Of a stretch of DNA of 64,000 nt, positions 46,339-58,700 are shown piece by piece. How positions within the stretch are numbered: position 1 is the first letter of the stretch; every line of letters starts with the position of its first letter. Source of the stretch: Trichoplax adhaerens (lineage: Eukaryota; Animalia; Placozoa); the NCBI RefSeq assembly GCF_000150275.1, contig NW_002060960.1, forward strand, positions 285,010 to 349,009. Reading direction: 5' to 3'. Under the pieces are notes generated by a model. It was not told the DNA's origin. It did not search any database and worked only from the letters and a program-made list of their open reading frames with translations. Position numbers and translations under genes: made by a program.

Positions 46339-49300
46339 ATATTCTAAGAATTAGTTCTTCTGTTTATTCATATATGTATTCTAAGTTAGAACTTTATTTC
46401 TTGTGTTGCACTTATAAGCAACTTATATGTTAGGGTTATACGAACATTTTATGTCCGTAGTAACATAAATTAGGCTACTGATATCTGCAACTTCAATTTG
46501 TATGGTATGTCGAGATGAAATAGGATTTAACGATGACTCTTAGTTGACAACTTTTAACTTGTAAACTTGCTTGCATCCATAATTTTATATTCTGCATTAG
46601 CTATATGTATATCTTAATGTTATAGATATCATAACTTAAAGTATGTTTACAACAATGATCGAGATGCAATAATAATATAAAGTGATTGTAATAAGACAAT
46701 AAATTGTTTGTTTTTGTATCGGTACAGTTACTACGAGATGAAATCAATAAGACCTTCTTAGTATAGCGCAAAAACGGAACAACTAATGTAAGATGATAAC
46801 CCAAAGTGTAAATCATTTGACATTTTCCAAGTTATCAGTTAGTGCAACATCTTGTGTCCCAGGTATAAGAGAAGCTCGAATAAATTGTTACTATTTTTAT
46901 TATATTGACTTAGTTCTATAACTCCAACGCCTAACTTACTCATTGTACCTTGTTGTTATTCAATCGGTTATGAAATCTATATCCCTTGCTCTGTTGTGAA
47001 CGTTAATTATGATTATTACTCTCATGTTCTCTCCAGTTTATTTTTATACTGTAGTACTACTAATAATTGCCGAAATCGAGTTTAAGCTGAATGTTGCAGA
47101 AAAATTTAGATAGATTAGAGTAATGTAAAATGAAATGCACTGTTGAAGTCTGCTCAAAGTTTTTAGTACGATAATAATTAATTTGTCAATTAGTTGATGA
47201 CTACAGAATATCTTGATGGTGATACTTTGCATAAATATGTTTGTACTTTTGCTGTAGCTTTTAGGGCTTTGACTGATGCTTTATTAGAATTAGATTACTG
47301 TACCGCTATTATATATGTATGGCCTTGTATTAAAGAAAGGAATATATAATATAACATTCAATTCTGAAACTCTGGCGCACAATAACTGTAATCTACATTT
47401 AGTAGTTATATATCAAATATAAGTTCTTACATGTGTCCATTGTATATCGGCGTCTTTAAATTTTTCTGACGTGTACATTATTTTCATGTTATGCTCGATA
47501 TATACTTTTATGCCAGTTAATGTTTACGGTTGCTTTAACTGTAACGTTAGTGTTCAACAGTTGATACGTCAGCAAACCTTAATATAGCTCTAGTTTTAGC
47601 TAAATATACTTATTAGAAAAGATATTAGATAAAACGACTAAATTCTCGAAATTGCCCATGGTTATATTTTACTGACGTCTGTGATTACAACGAATCATTA
47701 TAGCAATATTCGAGCTTATTTTAGGAGCGCATACATTACGCTATGTATTATTATTATTAGCCCGATATTACGGTAAACTATTTAGAATTTAATGCACGAT
47801 AACCTACAAAAATCAGATGTGAGCATGGATATTTAAAAACTCAACGCTAATTTCATTAATGTATTATTTGACCAATTTTAGTCTTCTAAGCTTAATTAGT
47901 ATGTTAATGCTTAAGAATTTTGTACAGACCTTTACTTTTACAGCCCGTATCTAGTATAAGTTGATTGAACTCAAGCTTTAATTTTCCGAAATTTGGCGAA
48001 TAATTATATACTCGCATGATTAGAATATTGCCTACTTGTGATACTTAGCATAGTTTTTTACTGAATAGAATACAGTATTATAATATATCACTTCGCTTAG
48101 CTTGATATACGTATATTTGATAAATTCTCGAAGTACATTATTATAACTTAAAAAATCCGTCAGAATCTTTCAATATTGTAGTCGATATCTAGTTGTATAT
48201 TTATGCAAGTTCTAGCACATTGTAATAAATTGGATCCGTTTCAGTAAAATTATGTCCGAGTTTAATTCTTGCATCATTGATTATATTGCACGAGATTAGA
48301 GAATAAGGAGTAATAAAATGGTTTATCATTATGAATGCAGATATCATGATAAAGGAATACACCATTGCACTCATTGTCATCTCAAAGCTCCTGTAATGTA
48401 AGCTACTATACACAATATAGATTACTAAAATACCTTAAAATTAACGAAACTAAATAAAACTTTGTTATATAGAATATATGATGGCTTAGTGATTTTTTAC
48501 AATTTTATTAAGCGAAATATGACTAAAAAAAATCAAAGACGAATGCAGCATACACGGCATTCTATTGCTCCTGTAAATCACACTTTATTGTGCACCGCAT
48601 AGTATCTGATATAGCGTGTTCAGTAGATGATAAAAGCATAAATAATAACTTAAATGTGATTAGGAAAAGTGATTTCCTTCAAGCGGCGTCAATTCAAATA
48701 TTAGTTGCAAATTTGAATGTTTAGCAAGCCTTGCTGATACATTGTCTGTTTCGTGTTTTTAGTGAAGTAATACTACTGTAGAATTATAATGAACCCTGCG
48801 TTATAGGAATACTGACAGGGATGAATTTTCTTACAGGTTTATATTCTCGAGCAGCTCGACTATTACTCAAATGGGTACATAAATAAAGGGATTTATATTA
48901 ATTTATTGAATCATTTTTTATAATATATTGGTTGGTGAGTCAGTAAGAACGAGAACTTCAAAATACATAGAAGGAGTTTACTGTCGCAGAGATTGAACTG
49001 ACTAGCAATCAGATAGCTGCAATATAACAATTACAAATCAGGGATAGTAGGGTCGCGAATGGCTGAGAAACTAAAGGTATAGAATTAAAACAGAGGCCAA
49101 GATAATTATTCAGAAAACACACATACTACTGTATATAGAGTTCAGGACACTCACATACGTTAGACATCTTAAGATGAAAATATGACAACACTAGTTAATA
49201 CGCTATTTTGATCTTATCAAGAGGTATAATCAAAGTGGTATCGTTCAATAAAGCAAACATTACAAATATAGCATTAAACTTTAGTCATAACAACAGTAGA

Positions 49301-49755
49301 GTTCAAAAACAAACATAATAAATAATTTGCTATGATGAATTAAACATAACACTACATGTAACGCAGCATGTGGCAATTGATCATGACACTTTTTCAAATT
49401 TTCTATCCTAGACTATGTACTACTTTGGGTAAAAGTAATCTTTGAATTTGAAAGTAAAGCAAATTGATCTAGATGGATTGCATTATATTAATACCCACAT
49501 ATGTTTGGTAGATATCTATATGGAATTAAGCCTTTGAGCTATTTAATGTTACATGTGATATAAAATATAGCGCGCTAATATCAGTATTAGTATGTGTCGT
49601 TTACTGCTATCATCGTTTTCAAGCCGTATGATAATACCAACACTTTCTACGGGATTTTCGAAAGCAATCAAATGGCGAGGTGCTATGTGATTAAATAGTG
49701 ATTGCACCTTAACTCAGATATAGTAGTAAGGAAAGATTATTAAAGGAATTATCAG

Positions 49756-52700
49756 TTATAAATATTGAGATAAAAGTGCTAAATTCGATGCTAAATCAGC
49801 TACTAGTGCTTCTCTCTCTGCTATTGATTGAGTAACTTGGCTTTGAAGGTCAGCAACTAGATTTTAAAAGAATGAAGTCGGTAATTGAGTACACTATAAA
49901 ATATTAGTATTGCATTCCATCATACATCTGATAGGAGAAATGTGAAAATTTTTATTACGTAACCTAGGACATTACGATTAGGTATTCAAAGCTAAAATAT
50001 TGTAATTATTTCTTACATCTAGAAATACGCATGTATTCTATATCATTGATTTTAAAGTTACCGTACGTTTTTTTAATGAATGGGAATTTGTGTTAAGGAA
50101 TTGAGACTATAATTAGTAAATTGAACTATGCAATCTTAGAACATTACGGCACAGTAAACTGCAAGCCTCTCTAGACAAACTTTATTACCATATTAACTAG
50201 TTTGTAGTCAATATACGTAAGCATTAACTATAATTATCGGTATATATGATTGATCATGTTATGAGAGCTTTACCGTAATCTAGTAAATGCATGAATTAAG
50301 ATCAATACTGATACTTCCTTAGATAATTTATCCTATAAAAATTGCTGCATCTACTATGTAAGAGTTTTTTCGTGATAAATATATTATTATTATAATCAGA
50401 TTGAGCAGTCGGTTCATGAACGTAATTAATTTTTCCAGAACTTCTCCATGCTATAAATAATTGAAATTAGTCTATCGGCTTTTATGGATGACAATTAACT
50501 ATTCTTATAGATCGTCATGCTACGAAACTATTTCATAGAATAGAATTACAGAATTGGTTTTCCAAATATTCTTTATGAGTACCAAATTACGTAGTCAAGA
50601 ATGACTTACCCACTCATGAGTTGCAATCCATGGATTAATTATGCTTCTATCCAGTTGATGGTCCATTTTGGGTATACAGAAAGCAACTAATTCATCGCAC
50701 AACTGCGCTAAGCTTTTTAAATCTTTTCTTAACAAACTGAAGAGATCAGGAAATTGTAAGGTATCCTGATATATTTTAGTTGAAGAAAAATTTCCAAGCA
50801 GAGCTGTAATATTCATGCCCTAGTTATAATAGTGCATCGATAATTATTGTGTTTATATGTAAAATAAAATTAAAACTTGGATTATGACTGGTTATACAAT
50901 GGTTATCTATCTAATAATCCAAATTGAAGTTTGTAAGGTAAAAGTAAATATAGCGGGTTTATCGTTAAGCCTGTCTAGAAATTACGACTTCATTTGATCG
51001 GCTATTGCCGGAAGGCACAATAACTAATTTTTTTTCAGTCAAGACTGTATAACTTCAATTCAATTATAGCTATAAAAATCTAATGTGTAAGTAAGCAATC
51101 CTATACTTAGTTAGCTTATATACCTCCTCAAGAAGAAGTAAGATCAGCAGATCTTTACGAATATACTATATAACCTTGCCTAGGGGATAAATTGTTTCGC
51201 GACTACTAGATAAAAGACTCTTTTCATTTTCCGTTCGATAGAAGTAAATGTAGCACTTGTCAGAGATTTTATTAAGCTTGCCGAGCTTGTTCATTACTGT
51301 GACTACTAGATTAAAGGTTCTTTTCATATTTAATTTCAGGTATGAAAGTGCATCGAGCAATATGCCACCGTGTTCAGCAGGTTATAAAATGAACTTGCCT
51401 AATACGTGATAATTTCAGAGCAAAAGCGACTATGCTACTCTAGTTTATTATAGAAATAAATCACCTGGCTGGGAATCGAAATATATATATTGTCTTTACT
51501 AATATTGCCATGAATGATTGAATAACGGCGCAGCGACTTGATTGCTTTTTCGGTATCTTGCATGATTCTTCTGACATTTTCAGCAGTCAGATAATGAGAT
51601 TGGCTATGGATCATATCACTTAGGATCTTGATATCATTTTCTCGTATCTGGTAGCATACAATCCTAATAATCAAATGCTAGTATTCATTCACTGTATCGG
51701 ATCAACTTACTGAATGAAAAATCAGTTTTTAAACTGTACAATAATGACTACAAACACTATAATTCCCGTCTATCGTAAAACATAACGTGAATATAATATA
51801 CTGGATACACGCAATTCACACTCTTACAGTTTGTTTTTGAGCTGTCTAATGTTTCCATTTGTTTTAATTTTGCATTTATGATCTGTTAAACATATACATG
51901 GGACAATGTTATCCATCTGCCAGTTTCGTAATTTGATCGTGCAATAAAAATTTTTCTCGGTTTCCCATTGCTTCTTTTCCTTTCTGTCGTAATACTTGAG
52001 CCAGGTAGGAATACCATCGGGATCATTTTGACCGAATATTTTGGCTTTATAAAATTCCTAGGTATCGTTATAAACATCGTTAATTGTATAATTATTAATC
52101 TATGTTATATTGGATTGAAAATACTGCTAGCATGTTTCTATATTATCTAGCTAACTGTAATAAGGCCTATTCCTATTTCTACACTAATGAAGACCAGTCA
52201 AAAATTATTTCCAAATTTAGCGAATACAAACAGTTTATTACTGAATATTTATCGCTGGAATGTAGTAGTAATAAGTAGACAACGCAGCTTGTATACCGCT
52301 AGATTTCAGACTGGCTTCCCTCCAATAGGAGTTAGCAGTCTTTCATAGTCTTACAAAAGTGTTAGCAAATAGATTTATCGGATACTCTTATTGAGACATC
52401 GAGTCTTTTCACTTAGAGTTATTGATAGCGACTCTATTTTATCTACGTGTAGGTATTTCATGATCCTTTCGTCTACATGGAACATTCCTGACACCGCCGA
52501 TCCTGTCCAGACCTTCGTTGCCAGCTTACTCTTAAGTTACAATAACTTTCTTACAAACAATTTATTCTAGCTTCATCGTTTAAGAATGGGTTATATTTAA
52601 CTTAAGTTAGATCCAATAATTTCAATTTTATCTCATAAAGCTTTGATTTACAGCGACATTAGAGCCACTTAATCGTCGCTATAGAGGAATTATAGGCTAC

Positions 52701-55700
52701 AATTTTAATTATCGAACAGTGTAGTAAGATTAAGGAAGTGATGAAATGGATAGAAATTTATTATTGGTGAATATGTTGAAGCAATAATACACTATGAAAT
52801 TTCATGGTCAACGATGCAAATGAATAGAGCATGGCTTAGATACTTTCCATTGCCTGAAGTTTTGAGTATTTGCTAAGTCATCAGCCAGTAATTTGTTAAA
52901 TAAGCGTTTGTGATTAATCCCTTATTATTTTTGAAACGAGATGTTACAGTACATGCGATTTTCGGCCATTTTTTATATGCTTCAAGTATGGTAGTAAGCG
53001 AGCAATGTCTGTTCACTACGTTCGATCAGGCATTAAAATTTAAAATATCTACTATTATTATGAGTGCTCAAGGATAAAGAATACTGCATCAACAGAAAAT
53101 ATTCCACTTGCTATGTGCATTAATGTTTTATTAAGAAAATGCAATTTTTTAATATAAAAATAAAAAAATATTCTAAAACTTACAGACGAATTGGCAAGTA
53201 TCGACGAGGTTATGGTTAGCGATACTTTTTGAATGGAGCTGGTCGAATTACCTAATTAAAATTTATAACATTTATTATGCTTATGAAACAGAAAGGTTTC
53301 CTCCCAATTAACATTAGTCAAGCTAGGCCGTATCATCATCACAGTTATTGAATATTACTTTTAAAGTATTACTGGCATCATATTGCTGGCTATTCTGCGT
53401 CAAAATCCCTATAGTCTTATTAATTAGTATCCAGCTATGCTTCTACATAATTTCTTCAATAAATTCTTACTCACTTGTACTGTAACTCTCATTTTTGAGA
53501 TTTCGCTGCTCTTGCCTAGTAAACAAATGGATTGTAGCGAAACAACGTTGAAAATTTCTAGCAATAGTTCCAGCCTTATTTAAAAAAGTTTGCGTAAATA
53601 GGGTATACAAGATCGGATTAATGCATGAATTCATAGGTAAGGAGAGGATGGCTACGAATGGCATGGTATGGGTATCCAACTCAGAGCGAAGTAAACTGCC
53701 TATGAAGACGATATAAAATGGTAACCAGCAGGTAAGATCAGTTATGACGATTGTGATCATTTTCATCTGCATAATCTTATCCACTTTAGACATGGTATGA
53801 TTAGTATCTCGACGCGATTTCGTTAATGTGACAATAATTGTGATATACATGATGGTAATGATGATCCAAATGATAAGAGTTAGGCCGCAGTAAACTAATG
53901 ACCATACTAGTAGATAATGATTCTCTATGTTTCCCGGCAGGCAAGCACCATTATTACCATATAAACGATTTCTATATGGTTGATTAACGCTGTAGATTAT
54001 CGGTAGAGCAACAAATGCGACGAAAATTGACCATGATACCAACAAGGAAAGCACAATGTTACGATAGGATAAACGATAATTGGCAAATGGAAAGACCAAG
54101 AATAAGAAGCGATCCAAAGTGATAAGAAACATAATCATGGTCGACATGAGAGATGATATAGAAATCAGAAATGAAGATAATAAACAAATTGGACTTCGTA
54201 ACCAAATTTCATGAAATTCAGCAAAATTTCCAGCATAATAAACATCGGATGATGCGATGAAAATGAGATAGAATCCCATTAATAAATCTGCGACTGATAG
54301 ATTGATAACTAGCGTTGTAACGATATTGCTTTTCGCTTGGTTTCTTCCGTGCCAAATGATTGAAATAATATTACCAGTAATGGAGAATATGCTAATAAAC
54401 CAAACAAATGTTCGTAAAACTCCATGTGATAAAATATGAGTGCAAGTTGACAAGCTGAACTGATTAGGTAGTGGTTCGCATAGAAGTACATCTGCAGGCG
54501 CAATACAGCACAAGTATTCAAGTGTGGTATACCTATTTATGATTAAATAGACGAGTTTTAAGGCGATTATTGCATCAAGTCTTCAAGTATCATTTTATTG
54601 AATATTTTCTTGAACGAGAGTTATGAGCTTTATAAAATTTTTAACTAAACGACCGAAAGTGATGCTATACAGCGCTATAAATACATTGCTAAAAGATATT
54701 GTAGTTTCTATGCTAGTTTATACTAACTTGCAAAGTCATCAGTTTTGCGTTGCTAAAATCAAGTGCCATTTCGCTTGCTTTATGCAAGAAAAAGTGGGCA
54801 AAATCATTTAAAGCAACAATTTGGTTCAATTATGCTACGAAATTGTTATAATTTTTGGTTAGCGAAATTTTAAAATAGGTATATGGCGTATTCTGAACTT
54901 TGTAAACATTTGGGTTGGAATGCAAAGTAATAGAATACTTGTTATATGGAGTCTCAAATCCAACTATTGAGCAATGACTTAGTAAATGTCCGATTTTAAA
55001 GGTACGATATAAAAGCTTTTTTGAAAAAATATTGTATAACACTAAAAGAAATAACATCTTCTTAAATTTAAGTATATAGTAGGATCAAAGAAAATCCTCT
55101 AATTATGATCAGGCTAAGACGAATATAAATCTTTTAAAAGTATATTTTCATCGTTACGAGATATTCATTTAAAATTTAAATCCTATGCCATGCTGACACG
55201 ATTTGATTATGTAAGTTACGGCTAATATCATAAATTTAATAATATTGGAATTATTGTAATAGCAGCAATGTTAAAGGTCATTTTTGGGGGATACTTTCAA
55301 TATTATTAAATTCTCAGGTATTGGCCGTAACATGAATATCTGTACACTTCTTGGTTCGTATATTCATTTTTAGTCAAATCTGAAATCGTTAACATAATAG
55401 CAGCTTCGAGATTTTCTAACGTAGATTACCCTAAGAATAAAATTTTGCTAGCCCCTATTTACGTTACATTTACGGTACCGATTTTATACTCATGTTATTA
55501 TTGATTTGATCGTTAAAATCACTATCAATCATCCATCGCACTTATGATTCAATATTGAAAATATAGCAACTTTATAGCCGAAAGGTACCATTTTAGTACA
55601 AGGTCTTTCGATTGAAATATTATTGAAAAAAGCCCTAAAAGACTTACTATCATATAATAAATATATGTGTATGTATACGGGAATTTATTCAATATACTGT

Positions 55701-58700
55701 GAATAATAATGATTGCAACAGTACTCGCGTATAATATGGCATAAGAATTCTATGGGTCATCTTTTCCTTTCAATTGTGCAGCCTTAATAATAATAATTTC
55801 AAATTTCATCATTTCCAAATGACTTTGTACTAATTTATGTTTGCACTGCGTTGCGCAATATATTATTAGTCATCATTATGATGAAATACAAGTCTGCTTT
55901 GCTATCATAACATTATGGACATTCAATTAAAAGAGGACCTTGATTATAATTTTAAATTAATATCGTATACAGGACGGTATAGAAAACTTCGAAAAAATAT
56001 CGCTATAAATATTGCAAGTTGAGACGTAAGAATAAGTAACTTACAGTGAATTTAGATATCTAGAGCCAACAAAGGAAAGTTTAGTAAACTCCAGTACTGG
56101 ATTGTTTCTTAAATTTCTGATGAAAAAATCCGCAGTAATTATTGATGTTATCATTTCAATTTTCAGAAGCGTTGGAAACCTTTATCAATTTTTGCCTTAA
56201 TCGCTCACCATGCTGCTATAATTTTATACCAATTCAAGTTGTAAACTTATAAATTTATTATTCTACGCTTACAATATATATAGATGTGTAAATATTAATA
56301 AGCAGCGTGGTCCTATTTGGCTTATTCGGTTGTTTGCAACATTTCTAAAATATATCAAATAAAAACGTTTGAGTTTAGTAGTCAGTTTATTACCGAAAAA
56401 TGTTGTCTGTTGCTATATTTCAAGAATGTATGCTTATTAGCTCTGGCAATTATTGTCAACATATTAGTAGCAATAAATTTAGATGTTAGCTAAATATAAG
56501 AATAATCTATGTAAGACTGTCAATATTAATGCTAGCTGTTGGTTTGCTTTGTACACTGTGAATAAATATACTGCAAAATCTAATTTATGAAGCTGACAAA
56601 ATAAGATAATTTTAAGTATACATGCAATTTAATCTATGAATTTGGTAGATTCGTCACAAAACCGCTTTTGCAGTAAAGCAACCTAGTTTGCAATTCAAAT
56701 GTCTCGCTCCCGAAACGCCTATTAGGGGAAAATATCTGCTCTATCATGACAGAAATAACACTTCAATAAAAAGAAATTAAACAATTTATGATCTAGGTCA
56801 AACGTGGGTTCTCGAAAAGTCTCTTTAAAGCTCAATATATGGCGGGTTGATTAACTTCTATAATAGTTTTGGAGTCCTAGTGAATACTGTGAATATTGGA
56901 GTTTTGCTATACGTTGGATAATGAATCTTAAATTATAGGTATCCAACATACAGATATTTAATTTTCACAGGAGATGTCCCACTACTGAGTACACAAATGT
57001 CCGTGATGTTGTTGGTGTCAAGAATCCTGCAACATGAAATTTAATTATGATAACCTTAAAATTATAAAGCACAAACAATGAAATTCAAATTTATGAATTT
57101 GTGATAAACTATCTTTGAAATACTGAAACTAGAACTATGGTATTTTTTGAAAACTTCATTTTTTACATAAATTTGATTCTTCTAATAAAACCAAGGAGCA
57201 TCAACCTTCGCTCATCTATTTATGATTATATTCAATTGTGTACATAAAAACTTCTTTTAACAAAATCACAACTTGCCAATTTTGTTAAACCTCTAGATCG
57301 ATCAAAAATTTACTATCGTACGATTTATTATAATTGTTCATAATTGATTCTAACTGAAGAGTCACGGTCAGTTCTTTATGATACTAATACTTAATACAAT
57401 CTAATACGTAGCTATTCAAAACATCGTAATATATGTATCATTGCAATAAACCTACAATACGGACCATAAATATCATCTGAAAATATATACTTGTACGATC
57501 ATGCAATCTAATGTGTAACCTAAACTATTTTCGTACAAAATTATAATTTTTATCATAAACCCATTTTTAGCGCTGCTCTACAAAACAGGTATATACGAAT
57601 AACTTAAATTTACTCACAATTCTTGCAAAGATTGTATGGCAATCAACGAAAGATAATCAGCCCTTTTAAGCTGATTATGACTTAAATGTCTACAAGAAAT
57701 ATGACGTAAAAAAAATTTACTTTAGACTTTAGAATTATAAATTAGTAAATGTATCATGTTTCGTATCTATTTTCCTTCATGCTATACTCCCATTTTTAAA
57801 GAATAATAGGATACTATACCAAATTACTTTTGAAGGTATAAGTCATAGAATTTTAATATTTAGGAATGTAAGATTAAAAGAAATGTTATACTATTCAGAC
57901 GCATATGTCTTAATTCTTTGTAAATCGTACAGTGTCTTCACGATTGCTGTTTGTCTTATAGCAATTTTATTCACCGACGTCAGGTTAGCGTTATCAATTA
58001 TGCTACAGATATAATTGGAATAATGTCAGATATGATCTGTTCATATGGTACTGATTAGTTTAATATTCAAATTTTGCTATTAGGGGTTGTATTATAAATT
58101 AGTCAAGAAACTTACAGCCGGTTTACTTGGTATGAACTCGTAAAAAGATTATGAGATAACTGATCAAAGGAATTGCCACTTAGAATTCTGTAAATTATGA
58201 TTTATATAACAAAGTCATTTAAATTTCCTTAGTATAATTCGTTTATAATATCTTAATTTTAAACATTTAAGAAATGGTACCAACATACAATTCATTGTAA
58301 AGGATTCTGCCGGATATGATATTCTGAAGTTTAGAAACTGAAAGGTTGGTAAAACTCAGATCCCTACATTACATAAATAAAAATATAGTGAAGTATAAAG
58401 ATTAGAAGAACTATTATATTAAAAAAATCAAATGGCAATAGCTATATTCCAATAGTTGATAACTCTTAATAGACTTAATTAATCTTAAAATAGTAATAGA
58501 TTAGCTTCCTTGGGGAGGATGTTTGAAAATAATAGTAAAATACGTTGCAATAATTATAGCAGAAAATAAAAAGTACATTTGGTAATATAAAACTTTCAGA
58601 AAAAGATTATTTTCATAATAGCAAATCTACGTTAAATTAAGTTACGAAAAGAAACTAACTTACAAATTAATAAGATTTTTGAGATCTTGCAATAGATTTT

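Noticed and set aside
48201-48413. 70-aa minus-strand ORF with a hydrophobic N-terminus (possible secreted peptide)
   Set aside because: Hydrophobic short ORFs are common in AT-rich DNA; no motif, cleavage sites or linked exons.
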